From Lepidodermella squamata (lineage: Eukaryota > Animalia > Gastrotricha), in NCBI GenBank assembly GCA_047495785.1, contig JBLDXI010000021.1, forward strand, positions 372,001-436,000: a stretch of 64,000 bases of DNA, written 5' to 3'. Shown piece after piece: positions 22,315 to 34,472 of this stretch (position 1 is the stretch's first letter; every line of letters starts with the position of its first letter). A model generated the notes under the pieces. That model saw nothing but the letters and a program-made list of their open reading frames with translations, had not been told where the DNA came from and ran no database searches. A program made the position numbers and the translations under genes.

Positions 22315-24113
22315 ATGCTTAACAAGATGCTCATCTTACCAACGATACTCAGCGTTTTGCTTTTGATGACGGCTTGCGATGGCAGTGAACCTTGGAGTGA
22401 GAATCCGGACGATGACAGCCGTGAATGGGAGACCCCAGCCGTTGAAGACCCTTTTGAGGAAGAGAATGTGGTGCAGGTCGAGGAAGCTTCTGTGGATGTC
22501 CCAAATGGTCACTACTACGCAACATCAGACTTCCAGCCGAAGGATCATGCCTCATTCCACGATATTGCCGATATCTTTCACCTAAATACGAGCGAAATCG
22601 ATACTAGCTGGCTACTCTTTGGATCTGCAAAAATCAATGAAGTTAAAGAGCTTGAATTGAACTCACGTCTGGAACGGGAAAACTTGACGGGTTTCATGGC
22701 GAGTAAAAAAGTATAAAATGTCAATTTACTTAATTATCTGAGCGAATTTTTCTTTTTTTTCACAGCCTCTGCCCTTGTCGATTTCCAACGATTCTCAGCA
22801 CATCGGATGGAGAATAGATGCTACGTTTGAATTGGAGATACTTAAGCTTAACAAGTCTTCTGTCGTCGATGGAGGATCGCATGTTGTTATGTATCTCGCC
22901 AAAGCAAGCCACGTTAATCTTCTGAACAGTATGCATTTGCTTTTAAATGATCGTTTTGAACTTGAATTGATCCTGCAGAACTAGAAAGCTTCAGTTTTCA
23001 ATCAGTGCTCAACCTTGTAATGTTTCCTGAAAACAATGCGATCTCAGAGGGGGTCATCGCTGCGTTCACCAGGACGACCGATCATGATACGGTTATTTTC
23101 ACTTTACCTTTCCCTTCAGCATCTCGAAGTGGTATATTTTTTAGGTAACTGGTAGTATGATGGGAGGAGAGTATGCGAATGCCATAAATATTTGCTCTCC
23201 TGTTACATCCCACCCCCCTAACAACGAATCAATCACAATATCAATCATGGGCCACGGCACTGTTTTGGAGGTACAACCAAAGTTTCAACTCCAACCAAAT
23301 CTCTATTACAACATTTTAGAGCCGAATCGAATGGTGGCATTCCGACCGCTCAATTTGTAGGTTCAGTCAAAAGTACTCCGAAGCCGCTGCTAAACGACTG
23401 ATAGGCAACGATGCGTTGCACTTGATAGTGATGGCACCGCCTTTTACTGCGAAACATGATCCCGAGGACAAACCTGCAGTATTTTCACCTGTGAAAGTAA
23501 AAAGCATCGGATTTGCCCCCATCTTCACGGGTAAAAACCACATTTTCACTTTATTTTCTTTTAATAATGTTAATCTTGCTACATAGTTTCCGTCAACAAT
23601 AAACCGTCAAGCCCTAAATTCGCCAGTAATCCAGGATTGCATTGGATTGAATTGCAAAGCTGTAATCAGCCTTCATTACTTGATTGCTCAACAGAATTCT
23701 CCCACTCAACGCCAATGACGTTGTGGTTCCGGAAATCAAACCACCAGCATAATGTATCACGAATTTTAGGAGCTGATGGTTTGCAAGTTATTGATCTCAA
23801 CGCCGTTGAAAATTGTCAACCTGGCGATAGCTACGTTTGCCTAGTCAGAAATCATTACGGTATAGCTAAACGTCAGTTCGTCATCAAAACCGAAACTCAG
23901 TCAGACGAAAGCTTCTTGAATAATCTACCTGGCCAGAGAGCCTTCTTCTTTTTTATCGGAGCCCTGGTCATGGCGTTAGTTCTAGCAATAATTCACTTCT
24001 CCAAGGTTGTTTTAGCGCGAAGGAAGGAAAAACTCAAATCTCAATCTGGTGCTAATCTTAGCAATCAATCAACACCAAGTTACGAGCTCCTTCGAAAGAC
24101 TGAATCTATTTAA
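22315..24113 (+). CDS. Type I membrane protein: L-type-lectin-like domain + Ig-like domain + TM, multi-exon
   Basis: Signal peptide, SWLLFGSAKI...GFMASKK|PLP...GWRIDATF, then LDCSTEF...LWFRK...YVCLVRNHYG, TM (FFFFIGALVMALVLAIIHF) and tail SYELL. Short GT-AG introns keep the frame. Confidence 0.75.
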
Positions 24114-24344
24114 TTAGAATTTCAAGTTTTAGATAAATAATAGTTTAAATAAAATTCTAATTTGATGAATAATCCGACGCGAATTGCGCAGACTGACGTG
24201 GTGAACTTGGTATTGAATACAATTGAAGCTAACGGTATTAATCTGAAATGCAACCGTGCATGACAATAACCCGACAGGAAAAAGCAGCGTGTGATAGATA
24301 GTCTGCAAATATATACCATTTGTTTTTTGCTTTCTGTGTTTCAA

Positions 24345-27220
24345 ATGAAATTACAGCGTTGGGTTCTGTTGGCCCCACTTTTCGTCTGCCTAGCTGCAAC
24401 AAGCGAATACGAGGACTACGCGGCAAATCGCGAGGTCGATTCGGAAGATTACGTTGAGGATGTAATTCCGTTCATAGAACGGAATTATGCTGAGGTTGAA
24501 ACGATTGACAGGCGTGCGATACCTGGTACGCTTCATTCTGATTTTCAGTCTGGACGTAAGTTGTAACTACGTCATTTGTTAAGTCAACATCGATGTTGAT
24601 TCACAGAGAAAAGCAAATGGCGGGCTTCCGAGGGGGTTAAGTGGGATTGGAACGGCGTATACTTGATACCAGATGAAAGCAGCAAAGCGAGATACGTAAT
24701 ATCGCAAAATCCACTCCCCGAACATTTTCTCAAGGGTTCCAAGTCCAGCTGGAGAATCGGTGTTGAATACTCCTTGAAGCTTGACGAAAACGACGATGGT
24801 CTGACAGATTTTTCGAACCCGGCGCAAGACGCAGCTGTCATTCTCATTTCAAAGTCCGGATTCGACCAATTGCAATCTGACGACTTTCGCCTTGATAAAA
24901 TGGTTGCTGGTTCAGGATTCGCAGTTCCGATTCAAGCCAGGCGTACAGTGACTTTCAGCAACGAAACCTTTCTAACAGTCAAGGGCCAGTCAAGCTTTGA
25001 TATTTCAGCTTTATTCGCGGATCACCTTCCTGGCTCATGTGTTGTGCCTTTCGCTAGAAAGGGCACTGCCAAGGCACACCTTTCTTCACACCTCGTCATT
25101 CATCGCACTTACGGCTCTAATTATATATATGTAAGTCTGGCAAACTACCGATTTAGAGTTTTTGTCAGTGATTACTTATGAATTCTTTGTAGATTGAAGT
25201 ACCTGAAGGAAAGTGTCTTCTGGAGTTCAGGCCAGGCATGCTTTGGGCTAAGGAATACTACCTTGCTATCATGGCATGGGGGCGCTTTTCAATCGACCAC
25301 TTTAGCATACAATCTATCAGAGTAATTTCCAGTGAAAAGGATCCTTCCGCTGAAGATAAAGGTTAGCAAACCTTTTCACTGTTCAAGATTGCAAAATTAC
25401 TGTTTGTTACAGAGGAGAAGAAGAAAGATGACGACACTATTGTCGCCTTAAACAATCCTACTTTTACATTGGAAGACATGATGGGGACTCTTTTCGATAA
25501 TAACAATGTGAAATCAACAACGGAAAGTCCAGATTACATGAACTCAGAAGAGCCGGAGCAAGGCTTCGCAACGCAAAATGTTAAAGAATCGACCGATTAC
25601 TATCATTATTTATTCGATAGCTTCCATCTTACGTTCCCATTGAAAGGTAAACTTCAGCGATTACAAAAATCCAATGCATAGCTCTTGCACAACATTCAAG
25701 AATCAAACTGGTTAGTTTACGGAGCGGCCATTGCTTCTGATGAAAATCGTATGGTTATGATGAACCCATTTGCTGAAAATGACAATCGATCTGGTATAAT
25801 TATGGCACGAGAAGTACGTATTTACATATTCATCATTTATTATATGGCTTCATTTTTTTATTTTGCTAGCCTGTACCAACAGTCGATCCGTGGAGGCTGG
25901 ACGCTAAGTTTCACGTTGGCCACCGCAGGCGTAACGAATCATTTTACGATTCACGCGACCACGGGTTCTTCACCCTAGCCTTCATAACAGATCGGGTCGC
26001 TCAGACTATAAAAGGTAATAGAACTCCCATGCCATGTATAACCATTACCAGTTATCGTCGATCGTCTCACTTTAGATAATGGGGATGCGACAACTGTTGG
26101 AACTGCATTGTCACGCAAAGGTGAATACGCAAAAGAGGCTATGTTTTCCGTGGGAGTCTTTCTATCGATAGGCGATGATGAGGTCTGTTTATCTTGTGCA
26201 TGCATTCTAGCTTGTGTATCATTTCGTCTATATGCTTAGATCAGAAGCTACTTGGTACCGTCTTCATCAGAACCGGTAGATACCATCGTCGAAGTTTGCA
26301 GATCACCGCTGTCAGACATTGATTGGAGCGGCGACGTTGATCCTAAAGATGCTTTTGTAAATGAGACGTACACGATTTCTATCATTAAAAAAGATACGAA
26401 CGAGATGGACGTTAGGATGGAGTGGTGGCAAGGCGTTGAGAACGGCAGAAATGCAAAGCCTTCTAAAGTTGTCTGTACAAAAGAATTCGAAATTGAGGCA
26501 GCACAATGGCCCTTCCAATTCAACGACTCGATATATCTGATAGCATACGCCGATAACAAGCAGCAAAGCACTACCGCATCGAAGTTTCACAACGTTGATG
26601 TCGACTTGGTTGCGCTAACGATTTCACCTCTAATTTCGGGTAACAGCAATATTTTGATTTAGTTTGTCAATTAAAATGAGATTATATGCCTAGTTGATAT
26701 CAGAACAATTCCATCAGCTCCAATTTTCGTTAACGACGACAAAATACGCGATATTTACGTGCCAATTTGCAACGAAGCGTCGACGATTCACTGTCTCCTG
26801 GATTGCTCAACCATCATGGCGAATCCAAGGCCGTACACCTTTTGGCTGAAGAAACCGGTTGACGTCTCAGGAAAGCTGTTACAGATTACAGGAGCAGAGG
26901 GACACTCTGTTCTACAGCTGAACAAGCTCGACAACATCAGAATCGGCGACGCGATTGCTTGCATTGTCCAGAATGATTACGGTGTCTCGCGTCGCACTTT
27001 TTACGTCACTGACGACCACGACTTGCTGGGCGCGAACGCCCGTAATACTGATCGTTCGTCGGCAGGCATCAAAGCTCTCCTCTTCTTTTCCGGGATTTTC
27101 ACTGTTGCAATAATTTTCAGCATTGCTCTAGCTGCCAAAGTAGTCAGAAATAGGATAGTTAGACAACGGACGATTGCCGATACTTATTCTTTATTGCAAA
27201 GGGCTGATCAAGGCCTGTGA
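24345..27220 (+). CDS. Type I membrane protein: two lectin-like units + Ig-like domain + TM, multi-exon
   Basis: Signal peptide MKLQRWVLLAPLFVCLAA. Unit 1 KWRASEG...ISQNPLP...SWRIGVEY; unit 2 FPLK|ESNWLVYGAA...GIIMARE|PVP...WRLDAKF. Ig LDCSTIMANPRP...WLKK...IACIVQNDYG, TM and tail DTYSLL. Confidence 0.75.
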
Positions 27221-27284
27221 TGTAACCGAGCCGTATTCATTTAAGAAATAAAATAATCAAGGCAGCATGAAATATTTGTATGAT

Positions 27285-28688
27285 TTAGTGGAAACAATTA
27301 AATTTGCATGGAACACATGAGAAGTTCGCGATAGGTGTCTCTGGGTTATCATGGATCCATTTCTTGAAAACCAGACCAGCTGATTGTTGGTACCAAGTTT
27401 TGTTGAAGCCGTAGCGATTATTAGGGTACTCATGCACCAAGTAAGTCCTGTTGAACAGTAGCTCATGAAAGCAATGTACTGCTAACGCGTCCGAACGGAT
27501 CATCAATTTATTTACAAAGAGCTCAGGCCGTTTGCCAAGCCGCTTTAGGTCTCCGAGCCCGAAGACACACACGCCATGGCGCCACTGTCCTTTGCAAGTC
27601 GCATTGTCATAATCTTCCCATTCAGAAAATCTCGTCACCCAATCTTTACGACCAACAGATACACATCGCCCAGGGTAACCACCTGGAACATGGACATTTT
27701 CGATGTTGTGATTCATAGTTGCCCAGTAAGCTTCGTCCATCAAAACCGAATTGTCGATATACCGGACCAAGTCAGCAGCAATTTCACTCGAAATTAAGTA
27801 CTCGGCGAACGAACGGCTGAGGGAGGTGCTGACAGATCCTTTGTAAATCTTTAATGCCCGGGCAGGATTAGGCATTGTTGTCTGCTGCAGCTCTTTGTCG
27901 TAATCGAATTCCAAGGGTAGACCATTTTCTTCATATGTTACAGATATCCGCTTGTTTAGCAACGTTTCGTCTATTTCGAGCAGTTCTACGTCGTTGGTTT
28001 CATTGAGAATTTTCGCAATTTGAACCAATTCTCTGTTTGTTCTCAACGGAAAATCTTGGCCCTGAAGAGTGAAAACATATTTCCATGGATGACCGCTTTT
28101 GAGTAGGGCTTTCAAACAGCTGCGATATGCTCGAATCATGTTCAACCCCAGTGATGAAACTGAGTACTGCTCTTCGGCTACTATGACGTTTGGGAAGCAT
28201 CTGGCGAATCGCCGAAGACCGCTTTCAAACAACTGCGGTGATTTCAAGTCGATATGGAGGCAGTACAAGTTTTGTGGGGCATAGATCGCGCTGAGAAGTA
28301 GCTCGACTTGCAGTAAATCTTCGTTAACAGGAACGGCGTAGGCTAACGGAAATGCAGCCTCCTCGACACTGCCCGGTTCATCCGGATAGAAGAATCGCTC
28401 TTTAATGGTCTCGCAGGAGGCAAAAGCTTTCCAAGTTGAGAACTCTTTCTCCAATTTCATCGGTTTTAAAGCCTGTCCGATCGCTGCTGCGTCTCCTTCC
28501 ATTATCGCAGGGCAGTCATAGCTGTGCCGCCTTTTGTAGAACACCTCTGTAGTTGGCCTTGAGCCGTCTTCCGTGTCTAACTTCAGGTGGCGATTTGGAG
28601 TGGTGGCGATTAATGCGTAGGTTACAACAGCCGCGAAAAGAAATCCCACACAGCCGTTGCGAGTTCTCTTGCCGAAAATTCGCGTCAT
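27285..28688 (-). CDS. Core-2/I-branching beta-1,6-GlcNAc transferase (GT14, GCNT-like)
   Basis: Type II anchor, EEAAFPLAY, IYAPQNLYCLHIDLKS, WKYVFTLQGQDFPLRTN, KGS, DEAYWAT, RHGVCVFG and LFVNK. Start set at MTRIFGKR by comparison with the paralog. Confidence 0.93.
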   Translation of the reverse strand: MTRIFGKRTRNGCVGFLFAAVVTYALIATTPNRHLKLDTEDGSRPTTEVFYKRRHSYDCPAIMEGDAAAIGQALKPMKLEKEFSTWKAFASCETIKERFFYPDEPGSVEEAAFPLAYAVPVNEDLLQVELLLSAIYAPQNLYCLHIDLKSPQLFESGLRRFARCFPNVIVAEEQYSVSSLGLNMIRAYRSCLKALLKSGHPWKYVFTLQGQDFPLRTNRELVQIAKILNETNDVELLEIDETLLNKRISVTYEENGLPLEFDYDKELQQTTMPNPARALKIYKGSVSTSLSRSFAEYLISSEIAADLVRYIDNSVLMDEAYWATMNHNIENVHVPGGYPGRCVSVGRKDWVTRFSEWEDYDNATCKGQWRHGVCVFGLGDLKRLGKRPELFVNKLMIRSDALAVHCFHELLFNRTYLVHEYPNNRYGFNKTWYQQSAGLVFKKWIHDNPETPIANFSCVPCKFNCFH

Positions 28689-29015
28689 TGCTATCAGGAA
28701 AAAACTGCATATAGCAATGTGTGGCTCGTTATAGACACAAATAGTTGGCTGCATAGTTCGATACAGGCGGTCCTTGGCAAACAAATGTCCGGCCGAGTAT
28801 CAAATTTGTACGCTGCAATTAATTTTTAATTTCTATGTGGACAGTGGCTATTCTAGCTCGAAATCGATTTCTTGTGCATCTCTGAGTAACTATTCTAGCA
28901 ACAAGTATCTTTCGCATATTATAACCATCGCTGCCTTCATTGTTCCCATGAAATAATGGTACATTGCAAAACTTCACATCTTTTATTTTTCCCAAATATT
29001 GCAAAATTAGAAAGC

Positions 29016-30443
29016 TCAATGTAAGCAATTGAATGTGCACGGAACACAAGTAAAATTTGAAGTAGGCGTTTTGGGATTCTCGCGATACCATTTTTGGAAC
29101 AATACACTGGCAGACTGCTCGTACCAAGTTTGGTTGAAACCGTACTGCTTCGGTGGGTATAAATTTTCATAATAAGTCCTATTGAAATGGAGCTCGTGCA
29201 GGCAATGAGCAGCTATCGCCTCGGAACGCACTGAAAGCTTGTTTGCAAAAAGTTCCGGCCGTTTAGTCAGCCGTTTGAGATCAGCCATTCCAAACATGCA
29301 GACGCCATGCCGCCATACACCTCGGCAGGTTGAATTCGGGTAATCAGCCCATTGAGTATATCTAGTTAACCAGTCCTTTCTGCCGACAGAAACACATCGG
29401 CCAGGATAACCACCTGGCGGTGACAGCTCTTCGAAATTGTGGTTCAGAGTTGCCCAATACACCTCGTCCGTTCGAAGAGTATGGTCAAGATAATTAACCA
29501 ATTTTCTAGAGACTTCACCACTCAGCGTGAATTCAGCAAATTTGCGGCTTAATGCCGCACTGACGGAGCCTTTGTAGTAGGTTATTCCTTTGATAGGAGC
29601 CGGAGTCGAGGCTTTCAACTCTTTGTTGCCATCGACATCCTTAGGCACGCCATCCGCTTCATATTTTACCTGAAACCTCTTCTTCAAGCGATTTTCGTTC
29701 AGGTGAAGCAATTCGACGTCGTTAGACCCATTGAGGATTCTGGCTATTCGAACCAACTCTTTGTTAGTTCGAAGAGGGAAGTCTTGGCCTTGTAATGTGA
29801 ACACATACTTCCAAGAGTGGCCGCTTTGGGTTAATGCTGAGATGCAGCTACGATACGCCCGGATCATGTTCATTCCAACGGAAGATACAGAGTACTGTTC
29901 ATCTGTGACGATGATGTTTGGGAAGCATTTAGCAAATCTTCGAACTCCTCGCTCGAACAGCTGGGTAGCTTTAAGATCAATATGAAGGCAGTAGAGATTC
30001 TGCGGAGCGTAAATTGAGCTCAGCAGTAGTTCGGTTTGCAGCAAATCTTGATATACTAGAATATTGAATGCTAATGGGAAGCTCGCTTCTTCCTGGCTAG
30101 CTGGTTCAGTGGCGTAGTAAAATCGCTGATTAATCGCTTCGCACGACGAAAAATTCTGCCAAACTGCGTATTCAGTTTCAAGGGTGATTCCCGCTTTCGA
30201 AGCGGCTAGAATAGACGGCATACGGCCCTGAAGGATAGGTTCGCAGTCATGTGGATGCCGCTTTCTGTAAAACGGAGCCGCATTGTTAACATGCCCAACT
30301 TCCCTGCTGTCGCTAAGCTCACGTTTCGGCCGTTGATAAGGCGTTGATGCGATGAGGGCATACGTTACCACAACAGCCAAAACAAAGGCGATGGCACAGT
30401 TCCACAGGCGTTTGCCTAGGCTGATGAAACGAACCCTAGCCAT
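29016..30443 (-). CDS. Core-2/I-branching beta-1,6-GlcNAc transferase (GT14, GCNT-like), tandem paralog
   Basis: 475 aa, intronless, same motifs (EEASFPLAF, IYAPQNLYCLHID, WKYVFTLQGQDFPLRTN, DEVYWATL, LFANK). Ends in TGA where the paralog has TAA. Confidence 0.93.
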   Translation of the reverse strand: MARVRFISLGKRLWNCAIAFVLAVVVTYALIASTPYQRPKRELSDSREVGHVNNAAPFYRKRHPHDCEPILQGRMPSILAASKAGITLETEYAVWQNFSSCEAINQRFYYATEPASQEEASFPLAFNILVYQDLLQTELLLSSIYAPQNLYCLHIDLKATQLFERGVRRFAKCFPNIIVTDEQYSVSSVGMNMIRAYRSCISALTQSGHSWKYVFTLQGQDFPLRTNKELVRIARILNGSNDVELLHLNENRLKKRFQVKYEADGVPKDVDGNKELKASTPAPIKGITYYKGSVSAALSRKFAEFTLSGEVSRKLVNYLDHTLRTDEVYWATLNHNFEELSPPGGYPGRCVSVGRKDWLTRYTQWADYPNSTCRGVWRHGVCMFGMADLKRLTKRPELFANKLSVRSEAIAAHCLHELHFNRTYYENLYPPKQYGFNQTWYEQSASVLFQKWYRENPKTPTSNFTCVPCTFNCLH

Positions 30444-31234
30444 GAGACAGCCGGCTGTCGACTTCTTTCATGTTGTAACAGAATGAAAATCTATATTGAT
30501 AAAAGAAAGCGGTGAATAAGGCGTGGGCTGTTGTAGACTGTAGATAAGCGGATTGATTATCAGAATGAGCGTCGAAAGATCTAAGGCTTCCCGGCGCGTG
30601 GCTATAATAAATCGAAATTTAAATCTCGAATTATAATGAGCAACTGAGAAGCTAATAACAACAATCCGATAAAGTTTGTTTTGCATTACTGCAACTAGGC
30701 TAAAATTTGAGTCGTTTTTTTTCGAAAAAATTGCATGTTAATTTTCACAACATGCAACGGCGATCAATAAACCTGGAATTTGCTCTCATGATGAAACCAG
30801 ATACATGTTCACGCATCACGTACACCGCACAAGCGTTTTTCCTCATTATAAGGCCTCATTAAAGGATAAAAATCGGCCGAGAACAAGCTACGCTACATTT
30901 GATACGATTTTTCTTGGTCTGACAGCTCAGCGCCCTGCAGGTGGTCGCGCTCTCGACTGGCTCACCGCACAGAATAGCTGCGTATTTACTCTAACCAAGC
31001 GCATATGTATGCAGTGTGAAATGAAATATTGAGATTCTACTTGTTGATGTTGAGTCTTTTGCGCTTAAATGTTGCAAGTTTTTGTACGCCATTCTGCGGA
31101 CTCGGAATATTTTTAAACACGCGATTAATGGTGGCACATAATTAGAATGGTGCTAGAAGAGGTGTTTCGTTGAGGTGAAAAATGTTGTTACTGGAGGAAG
31201 CCACCTGAGCGTCTTACCTGTGAGAGCTCAATGA

Positions 31235-32020
31235 TTCAAGAGGCTTTTTAAGTATGGAAAAAAGCTAATAGAATCTTAAAACGTTCTTGAGACAAAACAT
31301 CCCTAAGCGTCTTTTATCTTTTGCATTTCCAGTGTTCAAACTAAATTTCACTGTTGGTTACATGCCCTTTTCTGCTGTTCCTATTGCAGCAGCATATCTC
31401 GAATCAGCAAAAAATGACGAAAATTATGCAGAATCTACACAAGAAATGAGTAAAAAATGATAACGATGATTACACGCAGAAAAAATGGGCACTCGACCAA
31501 CACCGATAGTGAATTTGTTTTGAACAAAATGAGAATGCAATAGAAAAAATTTCAAGTAAACTAAAACGAACCGAAACAATAATATTGCTTACTGTTGAAG
31601 TTCGAAGTCGACTAAAACTTTTACTAAGAAATGTATAAACGCAACTTTGGTTTGCTTCGCGCCAAGCGTAATATATTATCAGTGCATGAAGCCGTTTTTT
31701 CCTAAATTCCGCGCATAGGAGATAAGGGAACTCTACGCCCAGCGACTCGGCCATCTATTTTCAATTCCAGAGAGACCGAGTGGCTGATGTAAAGCGGATA
31801 GGGTAATATGAATACCGGGTGCATACGGAAGTTTATGGGTGGGTGTACCCCACTTGCGCATTTATCACTAGCGTATTAATTACGCTCACTCGTGTTATCA
31901 CTTGTATATTTTTCTAGGAAATGTGTCATCCTAAATAATCATAAATAAATAATCATAATCATAATAGATAATCATATATAAATAATCATAATAGACAAGA
32001 TAATTCACTATAGATCGTCT
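31235..32020 (+). repeat. Degenerate local repeat, copy 1 of 3
   Basis: Shares TTCAAGAGGCTTTTTAA, TTTGTTTTGAACAAAATGAGAATGCAATAGAAAAAATT and ACTCGGCCATCTA.TTTCAATTCC...GAGACCGAG.GGCTG with 33111-33760 and, in part, 34473-34800. Confidence 0.85.
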
Positions 32021-32037
32021 GCTCACGAGAAGGGTGT

Positions 32038-32592
32038 GACTTTTTTCATCAGACATATGTCTTCTTTTATCAGACAAATGTCTTATTTCATCCGACATGC
32101 TAAAATATGACCATAGACATAATTTAAGAATCCTAAATTATGTCTATGAATATGACTTTAATTATCCGACAACAGTTCTCACTCGGAACCAAGTTTCATT
32201 GAATTTTTAGCAAATGAGGGAACTTCAAGAAAGTGACCGTGGATATTTATAGTGATTCCGAAGTCGATATTGATTCGGCAAAGGGTTATTTGGTTTAGGA
32301 ATCCATTCGAAGTCAGGATTTCGAACAGTATTGAACCTTTTTTTTACGTCAAAGGACGTCATTTTGAACTCCTGATCCCGCCAACTCATGGGTTTCTAAA
32401 AATATGAATGATTTTGGAGTCGATTGGAGCCACGGGCCGAATATATAGAACTAAATTTTTAGGTTCCTGGGCTTGGCTATTGGGCAGAGATGATCGGCAA
32501 AGTTTGAATTTAGGCAAATTTCATGTCGATTAATTTAAGTCACATTTTAGGTTGTCGGATGAAATAAGACGTATGTCTGATGAAAAAATGTC
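32038..32592. mobile_element. Non-autonomous TIR element (about 555 bp)
   Basis: The left arm GACTTTTTTCATCAGACATATGTCT...TATTTCATCCGACA..CTAAAATATGAC is the reverse complement of the right arm GTCACATTTTAG..TGTCGGATGAAATAAGACGTATGTCTGATGAAAAAATGTC. Confidence 0.8.
32112..32148. mobile_element. 37-bp hAT-like micro-MITE with an 8-bp target-site duplication
   Basis: Perfect 15-bp TIRs CATAGACATAATTTA / TAAATTATGTCTATG with AATATGAC duplicated at 32104-32111 and 32149-32156. Confidence 0.85.
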
Positions 32593-33110
32593 CACGAGAT
32601 AAGGGGTGTAACACCGTGGGCGCTATAATTGGGCATTGGTCTACTAATCCATTGTCGGCTTATAGGCCGAATAAACAAGATATCGATTATTTTTTTGCTG
32701 GTTCCGGGGCCGTATCCGGGGCACGCTTATCTCGACCATGGGCGAACGGCGAAACATCGCGGGATGACCGACAGAACGACTTGCCTAGAATAGAAACAAA
32801 TGGCGTAAACTAGCTTTTTGCATCTCCGCCAAGTCAGTCACGTGCCGGTTCACTAGAAAGCAAGTTTTTTCTATGCATCGAATGCATTACCCTCTGTTCT
32901 GTCGCCCACTCCGCGATATATGACAAGGATGGGAGTGGGAGTTGGCGTTAGTTAGTTAGACAGTTGGCAAGTAAATGATTGCGACAGTTGCGAAGGGAGC
33001 CGAAGCTACTTCTTTGCAGATGGAGCAATCACCGGGATAGTTTCATCGGGATAGTTCCCAATAACTTCTGGCGCGATAGCAATATAACAAGTCGCGCACA
33101 ACTGTCGGTG

Positions 33111-33760
33111 TTCGAGAGGCTTTTTAAGTGGAAAATAGCTAAAATAGAATCTTGAGATAAAACATCCCTAATCGGCTTCCTGTGCAGCAGCTTGTCATGA
33201 ATCAGCAGAAAAAATGAGGGAAAAAGTTGGGAAAAAATTGAAAAAAAATGAAAACAATAATGGCGCACGTGACCAACACCGCTAGTGAAATTTGTTTTGA
33301 ACAAAATGAGAATGCAATAGAAAAAATTCTGAGAATATACTGAAACGAGCCGAAACAAAATCGTTTAATCGATTGGAGTTCGAAGTAGACTAAAAAATGT
33401 ACTTGCGAAATGTATAAACGCAACTTCAGTTTTCTTTATGCAATTCGCATGCATAATGCATGATTGAATGGAGCCATTTTTCCGAAATTTCGGGCATAGG
33501 TGATGAGGGAGCTTGCCCCAGCGACTCTGAAGTGTTCCCAGCAACTCGGCCATCTAATTTCAATTCCTAAGAGACCGAGCGGCTGTTGAGAATAGGTAAT
33601 TCGAATAACCGGTGAATACGGAAGCTTATGGGTGTACCCTACCTGCGTAATTAATCACTTGTTTATTAATTTCACTACTCGTGTTATCGCTTGCGCATAT
33701 CATTTAGGAAAATAATTCCTATAGATTAGTTCACGATAGATCGTGTGAGAAAAGGGGTGT
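33111..33760 (+). repeat. Degenerate local repeat, copy 2 of 3
   Basis: Collinear similarity to 31235-32020. Confidence 0.85.
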
Positions 33761-34472
33761 AATACGACGGGTTTTTCTAAGAAAATCCACCGAACCCAAG
33801 TACCTAATATCGGGTTACAAATAAATATGTTTTTTTAATAGGATTTTTAAGAATAAGCGTAGAATTTGCGTAGGCTTATTTGCTCATTCTATGCTTCTAT
33901 AATAGGATGTATTTAGGAAGCTTTCGCTAAATTCCAAATTTAGAGATTGTGAGTCATTTGGGCCATATAGAAAATGAAACCGGACCATTTTGGACGTTAC
34001 ACTGTCATTTGTGTAAAACATTAAAAAAACCAGGTAACCCCATGCTGAGCGCCAAATGGTCTGTTGATTTATCAGCAGCTTGGAGGGCGAGTAAACGAAA
34101 GGTATTTAATTATTTTTTGCTGGTTCCGGGGCCGTTTTAATTTTTTCCGGGAATTGACCGACGATCGACGGCACATAAGCGCAAAATGTTGTAAACTCAA
34201 AAATAGGGAGACCTCAAAAAAAAAATAAAAAAATGTTGAACAAATATAAATTATAATTTCAATCGAGCGGGTGTTAAAATAAGTGTTTCTTTGAGGTTAA
34301 AAAATGCTGTTATTGGTAGGAGAAGACTTGTCTCGCTATGAGGCTGATATCGCCGAAGATGCTTTGCTATTAGAAGGCGAATTTCTCGCATAACAACGCA
34401 GCAGTATCTCACCATCGGGTAGCACCCGAATATATAATCGCGCGAAAACATTCCCTACGGCAGTTGAAAAAA

